DNA from: Escherichia phage vB_EcoM_PhAPEC2
Strand: one strand, 5' to 3'
Sequence record: NC_024794.1
DNA: 64,000 bases
Part shown: one piece after another, positions 43,403-52,806 of the stretch
Numbering within the stretch: the stretch's first letter is position 1
Layout of the letters: every line of letters starts with the position of its first letter
The notes under the pieces: model-generated
What the model was told of the DNA's origin: nothing
Databases searched by the model: none
The model's input: the letters and a program-made list of their open reading frames with translations, nothing else
Made by a program: the position numbers and the translations under genes

Positions 43403-44581
43403 TTAGAAATATTTTTTGTATGAATTGATTACATTTTGGTCTACATCATTATCAATTTGTGCGACAAGATAAGAACTGATTTCAACTTCCTGAGGAGCTG
43501 CTTGAACTAAATCAGAGTTCAGATATTCACGAATCCAAGGATACGGATGCTTGGTCGGAGCATCAGTGATTGGGCATGGCAAACCACACTGTTTCATACG
43601 AGACACAGTCAAGTAATCAACAAAAGCACACATACTCTGTGTATTGATACCCGGACATGTACCGTCTTTAAAGAGGTGTGCAGCCCATTCCTTCTCTTGT
43701 CTATTTACTTCCATAAAAATGTCAACTGCTTCTTGTTCACATTCTTTAGCAATTTGAACCCACTCATCACCATCGGTACCGGACTGAAGTTGACGGATAA
43801 TGTACTGAGTACCCTTGAGGTGGAGTTGTTCGTCACGAGCGATGAACTTCATAATCTTTGCATTACCTTCCATGATTTCCATGTTCTTATGGAAGTTGAA
43901 AGTACATGCAAAAGATACATAAAAACGAATAGCTTCTAAGGCGTTAATAACGTGTAAGCAGAGATAAAGAGACTTCATTAATGCACGTTTACATTCTTCC
44001 AAATGCATAAGACTATTTGAATATGCATCCAAATCATATTCATTTTCGGAAAAACATTTAAAAATTTCTTTAGCATTTTCCCATTCACGTGTTTTAACTA
44101 GAACATCATCATAATATTTGCCGATTGATTCCGCACGTTTCATAATTGCTTCATCTAATACAATCTCATCAAATACCTTCGATGGATCAGTATAAAGATT
44201 TCGCATAATATGAGTATATGAACGAGAGTGAATAGTTTCACTGAATGTCCATGTAGCAACCCATGTATCTAATGAAGGGTCAGAAATCAGTGCCATAAGT
44301 ACCGCAGATGGGGCCCTGCCTTGGATAGAATCTAATAATGATTGATACTTAAGGTTGTTTGTAAAGATGTCCTGTTGGAACTGAGGAAGCTTATTGAACT
44401 GCGCAGAGTCCAACATCAAGTTTACCTCTTCAGGGCGCCAGAAAAATGACAATTGCTTTTCGGTCAAATCTTCAAAAACTTTATGGCGTTGAATATCATA
44501 ACGCGCAATACCAAGACCTGAACCAAAAAACATAGGTTCTTTTAAAACATCGACTTGTTGTGTGTTAAAAACGGTACTCAT
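43403..44581 (-). CDS. nrdB: ribonucleotide reductase beta subunit (NrdB), uninterrupted
   Basis: 392 aa continuous ORF with diiron ligand motifs; no intron. Confidence 0.93.
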   Translation of the reverse strand: MSTVFNTQQVDVLKEPMFFGSGLGIARYDIQRHKVFEDLTEKQLSFFWRPEEVNLMLDSAQFNKLPQFQQDIFTNNLKYQSLLDSIQGRAPSAVLMALISDPSLDTWVATWTFSETIHSRSYTHIMRNLYTDPSKVFDEIVLDEAIMKRAESIGKYYDDVLVKTREWENAKEIFKCFSENEYDLDAYSNSLMHLEECKRALMKSLYLCLHVINALEAIRFYVSFACTFNFHKNMEIMEGNAKIMKFIARDEQLHLKGTQYIIRQLQSGTDGDEWVQIAKECEQEAVDIFMEVNRQEKEWAAHLFKDGTCPGINTQSMCAFVDYLTVSRMKQCGLPCPITDAPTKHPYPWIREYLNSDLVQAAPQEVEISSYLVAQIDNDVDQNVINSYKKYF

Positions 44582-44635
44582 TATATTTTCTCACTTAGTT
44601 TTAACTCATCCATGAGTAAATTATAATCAAAAGTC

Positions 44636-46891
44636 TTAAAGCTTACAAGCAGAGCAATCTTCAGCTTTAGGTGTTTCTAATTCATAGTCATCTGTACCTG
44701 ACCCATCACGAGTGTTATGATAGTAGAGATTTTTTCCGCCAAAGTACCAGAAGTAAAGCAGATCGTCAAGCATTACTGACATTGGCACTTTACCTTTCTC
44801 AAAGACTGAAGGGTCGTAGTATGTATTAGCAGAAGCAGATTGGCACACCCATTTTAACATGATAACAACTTGTGTCAGATAAGGCTTATTACCTTTCTTA
44901 GCGAGTTTCCACGCATAGTCATAAAGACCCATGTTGTGTTCAATATTAGGAACTACTTGACGGAAATTACCTTCTTTAGATTCTTTAATACTTACTGGGC
45001 CACGAGGTGGTTCAATACCATTTGTGCTATTTGAGACCTGGCTGCTTGATTCGCATGGCATGAGAGCACTGAGTGTACTGTTACGGATCCCGTGTTCTTT
45101 AAGTTCGGCTCGTAGTTCTTCCCAGTCACAGACATAGTTCGGGGCTGCGATTTGGTCAATCTTTTTATTGTACCAGTCGATAGGTAATTCGCCTCTAGAC
45201 CATTTAGTGTCTGAATAATACTCGCAACGTCCTTTTTCTTTGGCAAGTTTGATTGACGCTTTGATAAGGCCATATTGTAATCTCTCAAACAATTCATGAG
45301 TCAAATCGTTAGCATCTTCGTATGAAGCAAAGTTAGAAGCCAACCAGGCTGCATAGTTAGTAACACCAACACCTAGGTTTCGACGCTTTTTAGCTTTTAA
45401 AGCTTCTGGAACCGGATAGTCTTGATAGTCTAACAAGTTATCAAGTGCACGTACTTGCACTTCAGCAAGTTCATTAATTTTATCTTGGTCTTGCCAATCA
45501 AATTTATCAAGAACAAAAGCAGAAAGAGTGCATAAACCAATTTCAGCATCAGGACCATTCACATCATTAGTTGGAATAGCGATTTCACAACATAAGTTAC
45601 TCTGACGAATTGGAGCTTTTTCACGAATAAATGGAGTGTAGTTATTCGTGTTATCAACAAACTGTGGATAAATTCGAGCAGTGCCAGAACGTTCAGTCAT
45701 GAACAATTCAAAGAGTTCTAGTGCTTTGATTCTTTTCTTTCTGATTGTTGGGTCTTTTTCAGCTTTCTCATAAAGCTCACGGAATTTATCTTGATCTTCA
45801 AAGAATGAGTAATATAGTTCGCCTGACATTTCGTGAGGGCTAAATAAAGTAATATAATCATTTTTACCAAGGCGTTCCATCATAAGGTCATTAATCTGAA
45901 TTCCGTAGTCCATATGTCGAATACGGTTTTCATCCACACCTTTGTTATTTTTCAGAACTAATAGGTTCTCTACTTCTAAGTGCCACATCGGATAATACGC
46001 TGTAGCAGCACCGCCGCGAATACCACCTTGAGAACAAGATTTTACTGCAGTTTGGAAATGTTTCCAGAATGGAATAACACCTGTATGTCGAACTTCACCC
46101 ATACCGATCTTAGAACCTTCTGCACGAAGCATGCCAACGTTGATACCGATACCAGCTCGTTTAGAAATATATTCGATAATTGATGCTGAAGTTTTGTTAA
46201 TAGATTTTAACGAATCACCGGCTTCAATAACTACACAACTAGAGAACTGGCGAGTCGGAGTACGAGCACCTGCCATAATTGGAGTAGGCAATGAAACTTG
46301 ATGAGTAGAAACGGCATCATAAAAACGAATAATATGTTTCAAACGGTCACGAGTTTCGTCTTGATGTAAAGCCATACCAATAGCCATGATAGCAAACTGT
46401 GGAGTTTCATAAATCTTCCCAGTTGTTTTATCTTTAACTAGATATTTTTCTTTAAGCTGCATAGCACCAGCATAAGTCAGGTCAAAGTCTCGTTCGTGTT
46501 TAATCTGTGAATCGAGATAAATGATTTCTTCTGCTGAATATTGAGACAACAACTCAGGGTCATATTTGCCTTCATTAACACAATAAGAAATATGGTCGAT
46601 AAAAGCAGGAGGTTCAAACTGACCATACACATCTTTACGAAGTGCAAACATTAGCCCTTTGGCGGCGACATACTGATAATCAGGTTCTTCGACAGAAATC
46701 GAGTTAGCTGCAACTTTAATACAAATCTTCTGGATATCTTTGGTGCTCATCCCATCGACAAGATGGGTCTTAATTTCTTCGTACAATTCATATGGGTCAA
46801 TTTGTGTTCCTTCACATTGCCAAGTTAAGACTTGAATAATTTTCTGTGCATCAAAATTTTGGGATACACCACTGCTCTTAGTTACTTGCAT
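44636..46891 (-). CDS. nrdA: ribonucleotide reductase alpha subunit (NrdA)
   Basis: 751 aa; ATP-cone N-terminus; class Ia RNR. Confidence 0.93.
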   Translation of the reverse strand: MQVTKSSGVSQNFDAQKIIQVLTWQCEGTQIDPYELYEEIKTHLVDGMSTKDIQKICIKVAANSISVEEPDYQYVAAKGLMFALRKDVYGQFEPPAFIDHISYCVNEGKYDPELLSQYSAEEIIYLDSQIKHERDFDLTYAGAMQLKEKYLVKDKTTGKIYETPQFAIMAIGMALHQDETRDRLKHIIRFYDAVSTHQVSLPTPIMAGARTPTRQFSSCVVIEAGDSLKSINKTSASIIEYISKRAGIGINVGMLRAEGSKIGMGEVRHTGVIPFWKHFQTAVKSCSQGGIRGGAATAYYPMWHLEVENLLVLKNNKGVDENRIRHMDYGIQINDLMMERLGKNDYITLFSPHEMSGELYYSFFEDQDKFRELYEKAEKDPTIRKKRIKALELFELFMTERSGTARIYPQFVDNTNNYTPFIREKAPIRQSNLCCEIAIPTNDVNGPDAEIGLCTLSAFVLDKFDWQDQDKINELAEVQVRALDNLLDYQDYPVPEALKAKKRRNLGVGVTNYAAWLASNFASYEDANDLTHELFERLQYGLIKASIKLAKEKGRCEYYSDTKWSRGELPIDWYNKKIDQIAAPNYVCDWEELRAELKEHGIRNSTLSALMPCESSSQVSNSTNGIEPPRGPVSIKESKEGNFRQVVPNIEHNMGLYDYAWKLAKKGNKPYLTQVVIMLKWVCQSASANTYYDPSVFEKGKVPMSVMLDDLLYFWYFGGKNLYYHNTRDGSGTDDYELETPKAEDCSACKL

Positions 46892-46926
46892 ATATTCCTC
46901 AGTATAGGTTGATAGACATTACTCCA

Positions 46927-46980
46927 AACGGGATAGTATTTATCCCGTTAATTTATTATACACTTTTAAACTGAAGCGTT
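46927..46980 (-). promoter_or_regulatory. nrdA upstream region: near-consensus MotA box / TATAAT plus 9-bp-stem hairpin in the leader
   Basis: Minus AACGCTTCA - 11 nt - TATAAT (46955-46980); hairpin aacgggata-gtatt-tatcccgtt 46927-46949. Confidence 0.4.
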
Positions 46981-47233
46981 AATTATTCTTAGCAATAATT
47001 TCTTTATATTCTTTAGGAGTCAAGACCGTGATATCGAAATAAACTAATGGTTCTTTTTCTATACCGAATCCGCCACAGAATTCACGATATTCATAAATTC
47101 GTTCATGTGAATAACAAATGAATCGTTCACCTTTAACTGTGATTTCACTATTCGGTGAAGGGATATCTAGTTCGGTAGGATTTTTCATTTCAAAAATTGT
47201 GGTGCCATATGAATTAATAAAACGTAAAATCAT
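46979..47233 (-). CDS. hypothetical protein (between td and nrdA)
   Basis: 84 aa ORF. Confidence 0.6.
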   Translation of the reverse strand: MILRFINSYGTTIFEMKNPTELDIPSPNSEITVKGERFICYSHERIYEYREFCGGFGIEKEPLVYFDITVLTPKEYKEIIAKNN

Positions 47234-48094
47234 TTATACCGCCATTTTAGCTTTGATAGTTGGATGAGATTCGTAATTTTTAAGAACGAAATCAGAATGT
47301 GTCATCGTTCCAGTAACCCAGTCCATTTGGATTTTTGTAGGCCAATTCTCAAAATTACTAGGCCAATTAATTTCAAGAGAACACAACTCTTTAGGTTCAC
47401 GACGAAGAACTTCTTTGCATTGTTCTACATGATTGCTGTAGATATGCGTGTTGCCGCCTGAGAACACTAAATCACCCGGGATAAGGTTACACATCTTCGC
47501 TACAATATGCGTCAAGGCAGCGTACGAGGCAATGTTGAACGGCAGGCCCAAGAAAACATCTACACTGCGTTGATACCATTGTAAATCAAGATGCCCATTA
47601 CGCACATTAAATTGATAGAACATATGGCAAGGAGGAAGAGCCATTTGGTCAATTTCGGCAGGGTTCCATGCAGAAACAATTTGACGACGATCATTAGGAA
47701 GAGCTTTAATGCGGTCGATAGTTTTGACCAATTGGTCTACACCGCCAAAATCACGCCATTGCTTACCATAAATAGGACCAAGTTCACCACTATGATATCC
47801 AAGGTCTTTGGCCTGATTTTCATAGTTGTCGTCCCAAATAGTTTTACCTTCAATTAGACTACCATGAGTACGAATACGCAAATCATTAACATTGGTAGAA
47901 CCAGACATGAACCACAGTAACTCGGCAATACAAGCTTTCCATGCTAATTTCTTAGTTGTTACCGCAGGGAATCCTTTAGTCAGATCCCAACGTAATTTAG
48001 TTCCGAACAGGGCAATAGTGCCGGTACCTGTACGGTCGTCTGTTTCATAACCATTTTCTAGGATATCATTAATCAGGTATTGGTATTGTTTCAT
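47234..48094 (-). CDS. td: thymidylate synthase, uninterrupted
   Basis: 286 aa (same as spliced T4 Td); PPCH and QRSxDxxLGxPFNIASYA motifs; continuous ORF. Confidence 0.95.
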   Translation of the reverse strand: MKQYQYLINDILENGYETDDRTGTGTIALFGTKLRWDLTKGFPAVTTKKLAWKACIAELLWFMSGSTNVNDLRIRTHGSLIEGKTIWDDNYENQAKDLGYHSGELGPIYGKQWRDFGGVDQLVKTIDRIKALPNDRRQIVSAWNPAEIDQMALPPCHMFYQFNVRNGHLDLQWYQRSVDVFLGLPFNIASYAALTHIVAKMCNLIPGDLVFSGGNTHIYSNHVEQCKEVLRREPKELCSLEINWPSNFENWPTKIQMDWVTGTMTHSDFVLKNYESHPTIKAKMAV

Positions 48095-48678
48095 TTATAT
48101 ACACTCTCAGTAATTTCGGTGAGTTCATCGATTCTGTAGTAATGAGATTCTACCATAGAACGTTGAAGCATAATATCCTGGACGAAATCTTTATCAAGTT
48201 GAACATCGGAATTAACACGACATTTCTTAATGATTTTAGTCATCACAATTTCATCGGCATAAGGCAGTGCTTGTTTTAATAAAGCAGGACCGCCGATAAT
48301 AGATACATCAACATGTTCAGTAGAAAGTTTAAACGGTACATCAGTTGAAGGGCTAAACAGGTTAATTTCACCACCTGTTACCAAGGTAATAAATTCAGAT
48401 TGGGTGATATAGAACCGTGCAAGTTCATCAGTTTTAGTCCTAGGCAGTTTTCTGGCCATATCAGTGACAACCACATGAGTACGATCTGGGAGTAGACGAG
48501 GTAATGATGCAAAAGTCTTAGCACCCATAACCATTACAGTGTTTTTAGTGCGAGCAACAAAGTTACTCATATCTTGTTTGATATGCTTCCATGGAAGTCC
48601 ATCACCTAATCCAAAAGCATATTCCAGTTTATCATCAACTGTTTTAGACGGTGCGCATGCGAATACTAATTTAAGCAT
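48091..48678 (-). CDS. frd: dihydrofolate reductase
   Basis: 195 aa; AFGLGDGLPW motif; overlaps td start. Confidence 0.93.
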   Translation of the reverse strand: MLKLVFACAPSKTVDDKLEYAFGLGDGLPWKHIKQDMSNFVARTKNTVMVMGAKTFASLPRLLPDRTHVVVTDMARKLPRTKTDELARFYITQSEFITLVTGGEINLFSPSTDVPFKLSTEHVDVSIIGGPALLKQALPYADEIVMTKIIKKCRVNSDVQLDKDFVQDIMLQRSMVESHYYRIDELTEITESVYK

Positions 48679-48680
48679 TT

Positions 48681-48929
48681 TTATTTCCTCAGATTTTTCT
48701 TAACAACTTTCCAATCAGCTTTAAATGATTCAACATCAGAGTGGTGAATCCAGAATCCTGCACTTTCACCATCTTCGTAGAGTGGACATCCATCACATTC
48801 TTCGTTCCAACCCATTTCACGTAAAGCTTCTTCGGCTTGTTCAAGGAGTTCAGCATCTTTACCAACGACGTTGAAGTACCATTTACCTCTAACTTCAGAA
48901 TCTTTGATGCTCTGGCGTTGCAATCTCAT
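48681..48929 (-). CDS. hypothetical protein (T4 frd.1 position)
   Basis: Track start 48944 is GTG; first ATG 48929 has SD AGGAGA. Confidence 0.55.
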   Translation of the reverse strand: MRLQRQSIKDSEVRGKWYFNVVGKDAELLEQAEEALREMGWNEECDGCPLYEDGESAGFWIHHSDVESFKADWKVVKKNLRK

Positions 48930-48952
48930 TTTATTCTCCTTCACTTTTATTT

Positions 48953-48980
48953 GATAGGGCTACTATAACATAGCCCTATC
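48953..48980. other. perfect 10-bp-stem hairpin between the frd.2- and frd.1-position ORFs
   Basis: gatagggcta-ctataaca-tagccctatc. Confidence 0.5.
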
Positions 48981-48990
48981 TTGTTATAAA

Positions 48991-49383
48991 CTACTTTTTA
49001 AAAGTTTTTTGCAAAAGTTCGATGATTTCGTCGACGTTGGTTTCATCTACGATACAATGGATTTTTGTTACACCTAAAGTTATACCTTCGTTAGAAGGTT
49101 GAGGCTTTACTAAATCTACCTCAATAAAGTATTTGAACTCGTCAGGATAAATCTCAAAATAAGTTTCAATTTCACCACCGGCAGAACATACAGTACCATC
49201 TTCCATAGTTACACTTACTACGTTTGACGTATCGCTATCATAATCAGGTTCCATTCCATTTACAACAAAACTAGGCCCGTGGAGTTCAATCAATTTTAAC
49301 ATCTTAGCGTTATTGTGCGGTGCTTCTTGAACAAAGTCATCTTTAAATAAAGGGTTAATGATATAAGATTTTCCGATTTCCAT
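48991..49383 (-). CDS. hypothetical protein (T4 frd.2 position)
   Basis: 130 aa ORF with early promoter upstream. Confidence 0.6.
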   Translation of the reverse strand: MEIGKSYIINPLFKDDFVQEAPHNNAKMLKLIELHGPSFVVNGMEPDYDSDTSNVVSVTMEDGTVCSAGGEIETYFEIYPDEFKYFIEVDLVKPQPSNEGITLGVTKIHCIVDETNVDEIIELLQKTFKK

Positions 49384-49411
49384 TTTGATTTCCTCATTTG
49401 TTGATAAGTCT

Positions 49412-49440
49412 ATAGTATCATGTTTAAAGGAAAAGTAAAC
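49412..49440 (-). promoter_or_regulatory. T4 early-type promoter (GTTTACT-N16-TACTAT)
   Basis: Minus strand GTTTACTTTTCCTTTAAACATGATACTAT. Confidence 0.55.
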
Positions 49441-49454
49441 AACTTTTTCGGCAA

Positions 49455-49489
49455 TTTACAGATACTCAAAAGGGAGACCGAAGTCTCCC
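49455..49489 (-). terminator. intrinsic terminator after gene 32
   Basis: Minus strand GGGAGAC-TTCG-GTCTCCC-TTTTGAG. Confidence 0.75.
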
Positions 49490-49495
49490 GATTTA

Positions 49496-50398
49496 TTATA
49501 GACCAGCTAACAGATCATCGAGGTCACCATCATCAGAGGATGAGGTAGAGCTCATGAAGTCGTCTTCAGTTTTTGCAGAACTAAAGGCTTCCATGTCTTT
49601 ATCAAAATCGTCAAGGTCAGAAGCAACTTTATCTGCAACAGAAGCTGCGGCAGCTGCTGCACCACCAAGAGCGGCAGTACCAAGAACCTTAGCGAAAGAT
49701 TCATTTAATTTTTCAAAGGATTTGAACTGGTCTTTAGCCGTCAAAGTAGTAAGATCTACCATCTGGTCATATAGTTCTTTCTGGAATGCTTCGTCATTAA
49801 TACGAGGAATTTCAGATTGACCCAAGAATTTAGATTCATCATAGTTGCTAAAACCGGAAACCTGCTTAGCTTTCAGAACGAAGTTAGCACCTTCAAACGG
49901 ACAAGTAACATCAACTGGAGTTTCACCCATTTCGGTATCAACTGCAATCATTGCATTGATTTTGTCCCAAATCTTTTTACCGAAACGATATTTAAATACT
50001 TTACCTTCGTTATCTGGAGCTTGAGGGTCTTTAACAACCAGAATATTAGCCCAATAAGAAGTTTTACGTTTCAGTTGAGAATATTCAGCTTTGTTGGTAT
50101 TGTACAGGTCATTTTTACTAATGTACTGACATACAGGACAAGAGTCATAATCACCATGTGTAGAAGAGCAATTTTCAATATACCATTTACCATTTTTCTT
50201 GAAACCGTGGTTAACAAGAATTGCAAATGGTAGTGCATCATCAGTTTTTGCTGGCAAGAAACGAATTACCGCTTGACCATTACCTGATGCATCTAGCTTC
50301 AGCTTCCATTCGCCTTTATCTTCTGAAGAGAAACCTTTGTTACCATTCAGTTTAGCCATTTGAGCAGCGAGGTCAGCAGTAGATTTACGTTTAAACAT
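49496..50398 (-). CDS. 32: single-stranded DNA-binding protein gp32
   Basis: 300 aa; near-identical to remembered T4 gp32 ([36 protein letters not shown]...). Confidence 0.97.
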   Translation of the reverse strand: MFKRKSTADLAAQMAKLNGNKGFSSEDKGEWKLKLDASGNGQAVIRFLPAKTDDALPFAILVNHGFKKNGKWYIENCSSTHGDYDSCPVCQYISKNDLYNTNKAEYSQLKRKTSYWANILVVKDPQAPDNEGKVFKYRFGKKIWDKINAMIAVDTEMGETPVDVTCPFEGANFVLKAKQVSGFSNYDESKFLGQSEIPRINDEAFQKELYDQMVDLTTLTAKDQFKSFEKLNESFAKVLGTAALGGAAAAAASVADKVASDLDDFDKDMEAFSSAKTEDDFMSSTSSSDDGDLDDLLAGL

Positions 50399-50401
50399 GG
50401 A

Positions 50402-50496
50402 TTATTACCTTTTATTTAGATTATTTAATTTATTTAATTTATTTACAGTTGGTTGCTACGACACTTATACCTCGTAGCTGGTATAATTTATTTATA
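50402..50496 (-). promoter_or_regulatory. gene 32 leader: late promoter, stem-loop and AU-rich UUAAAU repeats (translational operator-like)
   Basis: Minus TATAAATA = plus 50489-50496; hairpin gctacga/tcgtagc 50455-50478; repeated tttaattta 50421-50446. Confidence 0.55.
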
Positions 50497-50525
50497 AAGT
50501 AATTTTAACACACAAGAAATAAAGC

Positions 50526-51179
50526 TTAATACTTACATGATTTGATTGTTTCTATGAACAATTTCTTAGCAGCATTTCCATCGATTTGAAGTATTTTTCG
50601 ATATGCCTTTAATTTGGTAGAATAATTTTGCCAGACTAAGTTATCGGTGAGTTCGTCGTGCTTATCTATAATATTCAAAAATGAGTCCAACAATAAGAAA
50701 GTCTCAAATGAAATTATATTGCTTTGTAGCAATTTAAATATGTAGCTCGACTGAACTTTATTATTATAATCAAATATCTCTTGAAGCGCACTAACTTCAA
50801 CTTTCTTACTGAAATAGTAGATGTTACGTACATCTTCAGCAAACGTCTCCTTGGCTTGTTTGAGACGTCCAATATATTCCCTATAGAAAACTAATGCATC
50901 AGCGTCTGATATCTCACCAATCCATGCGTCTTGGTTAGCAACTAAGTTGCTTATGAATATCAAGGTGAGTTCCTTCAATTTATATTTCTCTGATAGTTTT
51001 TCAAAGAAATATTTATCTCGGCGTTTTTGATACGCATTATCCGAAACACGCATGCACCAGTTATATTTGATTACGTCATACCGACCATTAAAATGTTGTT
51101 TGCACATCAAGTATAGTTTGTATACCGATTTTCCGTTAATATAACGTTCTCCATCAGGAGGCATGCGTATTTTAATCAT
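50526..51179 (-). CDS. 59: gp59 helicase loader
   Basis: 217 aa, same length/position as T4 gp59. Confidence 0.9.
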   Translation of the reverse strand: MIKIRMPPDGERYINGKSVYKLYLMCKQHFNGRYDVIKYNWCMRVSDNAYQKRRDKYFFEKLSEKYKLKELTLIFISNLVANQDAWIGEISDADALVFYREYIGRLKQAKETFAEDVRNIYYFSKKVEVSALQEIFDYNNKVQSSYIFKLLQSNIISFETFLLLDSFLNIIDKHDELTDNLVWQNYSTKLKAYRKILQIDGNAAKKLFIETIKSCKY

Positions 51180-51514
51180 AATAAGAAATCTAACGTATTA
51201 GTTTTTTCACCACGAGCAACTGATGGGCGAAGCATGTTTTCGTCAATTGCTTCGCTTGTAATTTTTTCAACAATTCCTGTAGGAATAAATTTAGCAAATT
51301 GTGTTTCTGGAATAGAATTTTCTTCCAAGAAAGCAGTTGTTGCTTCTAAATAAGACATACCAAATTGTTCAACCATGGATTCGATAATGAATCCGTTTTC
51401 TTGTCGGTCAAGCAATTTAGCGATATCATCTTTATCGTGTTTTACTGCTAATTCTTGTTCAGATAAACCGGCCTCATCAACCGGTTTAATATCACTTAGT
51501 GAAAACTGTGTCAT
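51176..51514 (-). CDS. 33: gp33 late-transcription co-activator
   Basis: 112 aa, same length/position as T4 gp33. Confidence 0.88.
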   Translation of the reverse strand: MTQFSLSDIKPVDEAGLSEQELAVKHDKDDIAKLLDRQENGFIIESMVEQFGMSYLEATTAFLEENSIPETQFAKFIPTGIVEKITSEAIDENMLRPSVARGEKTNTLDFLL

Positions 51515-51761
51515 AAAGCTCGACTACCTCTTCGTTTTCAGCTTCAAATTGATCACGAGCGTCTTTATGATAAAGAGCTAACAAACGATTAAACATTTTT
51601 CCATCGACACCAAGCTCTTCTTTAGCACGAGTACGAATGTCTTTAATCAGTTCATTATAACCAGAAATTTTAAGTTTGTTATCGGAAGCTTCCTTGACTA
51701 GTTTAGCCAGTTCTTCACCATGCACATCTTGATTAAATTCAACTGCTTCTTTCTTAGCCAT
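51492..51761 (-). CDS. dsbA: DsbA double-stranded DNA-binding protein
   Basis: 89 aa from ATG 51761 (MAKKEAVEF...) matches T4 DsbA length/N-terminus; track start 51779 would overlap rnh. Confidence 0.8.
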   Translation of the reverse strand: MAKKEAVEFNQDVHGEELAKLVKEASDNKLKISGYNELIKDIRTRAKEELGVDGKMFNRLLALYHKDARDQFEAENEEVVELYDTVFTK

Positions 51762-51768
51762 GTTTACC

Positions 51769-52686
51769 TCAGAATTCATTAATTACACTTGTTAATTTAG
51801 AAAGACCAGATTTTACAAAATATGAATAAATCTTGCCTTTAGGTTGTTGTTTATACGAGTTATAATACTCTATAATGGTTGAAGCAATATTATCAGGGAT
51901 ATAATCAAAATCAATGAGAACCAAATTTTCTTGGTACCGTTTATATTCTTCTGCACTTAATAATACTTCAGCTTGAGAACGATCATTGGCAATTGCTTCA
52001 ATGATCGTTGTTTTCATGCTTGGAGTTCGTTCGCCTTCAACTCGAGTAAACCAGAAATCACCACGAACTCGAACAGACGCAACACCATCTTTACGGTCGC
52101 CTTTAAGAATTTTAGTCATGCAATCAATTTCGGCAGAACCATTCTTAATTTTAACCCATTTTTTCTGTGGTGGTGACCACTGTTTAACGTTAGGATATTT
52201 GTGTAATTGTGTAAAGTCACCATCTGATGCAACAATACATACCTTATGTCCAGCTAATGACAAATATTTAGTTAATACACCGATATGGTCATCCGCTTCA
52301 TATTTGTCAATATCCATTACAACGTATGGCATGTATTTCTTAATCTCATCAACAACTTGACGGAGCGCAGTAAAATATCCTTCCCAATCCCACTTTGAAG
52401 CTTCACGATCGGTTTTGCGATTTTTCTTGTAATAGTAAGCAAAGTCACGACGCCAATAACCTGAAGTAGCATTATCCATACACAATACAAATTTTGTATA
52501 GCCTTGCTTACGGAACATCACTACGTTTTTACGAATTGAATTCAAGATTACATGGCGAACCATCGGAACAGTAATTTTATCGCCGTCTTCAAAGTTGTTT
52601 AATGCGGCGGCCAATGCAATGTTACTAAAGTCGGCAAGTGCAATACCTTCTTTGTAATCTTCATCCAACATCATTTCTAAATCCAT
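51769..52686 (-). CDS. rnh: RNase H (5'-3' exonuclease / FEN)
   Basis: 305 aa, same length/position as T4 RNase H. Confidence 0.9.
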   Translation of the reverse strand: MDLEMMLDEDYKEGIALADFSNIALAAALNNFEDGDKITVPMVRHVILNSIRKNVVMFRKQGYTKFVLCMDNATSGYWRRDFAYYYKKNRKTDREASKWDWEGYFTALRQVVDEIKKYMPYVVMDIDKYEADDHIGVLTKYLSLAGHKVCIVASDGDFTQLHKYPNVKQWSPPQKKWVKIKNGSAEIDCMTKILKGDRKDGVASVRVRGDFWFTRVEGERTPSMKTTIIEAIANDRSQAEVLLSAEEYKRYQENLVLIDFDYIPDNIASTIIEYYNSYKQQPKGKIYSYFVKSGLSKLTSVINEF

Positions 52687-52719
52687 ATGAACCTCTTGTT
52701 CAGTTAGTCAACTTGGACT

Positions 52720-52749
52720 ATAGTAACATACTAGTTCGAAAGCGTAAAT
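52720..52749 (-). promoter_or_regulatory. candidate early promoter for rnh (ATTTAC-N18-TACTAT)
   Basis: -10 TACTAT with variant -35. Confidence 0.3.
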
Positions 52750-52764
52750 AGTCTTTTACTCATT

Positions 52765-52772
52765 TATAAATA
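52765..52772 (+). promoter_or_regulatory. T4-type late promoter for gene 34
   Basis: Exact TATAAATA ~34 nt upstream of ATG 52807, SD aagagg. Confidence 0.6.
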
Positions 52773-52806
52773 GTAAAATAGAACACATAATGATAAGAGG
52801 ACTACC

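Noticed and set aside
43403-48094. Group I introns / homing endonuclease ORFs in td, nrdB and the nrdA-nrdB spacer
   Set aside because: td and nrdB are continuous full-length ORFs and the spacers are too short for an endonuclease; recorded as an absence.
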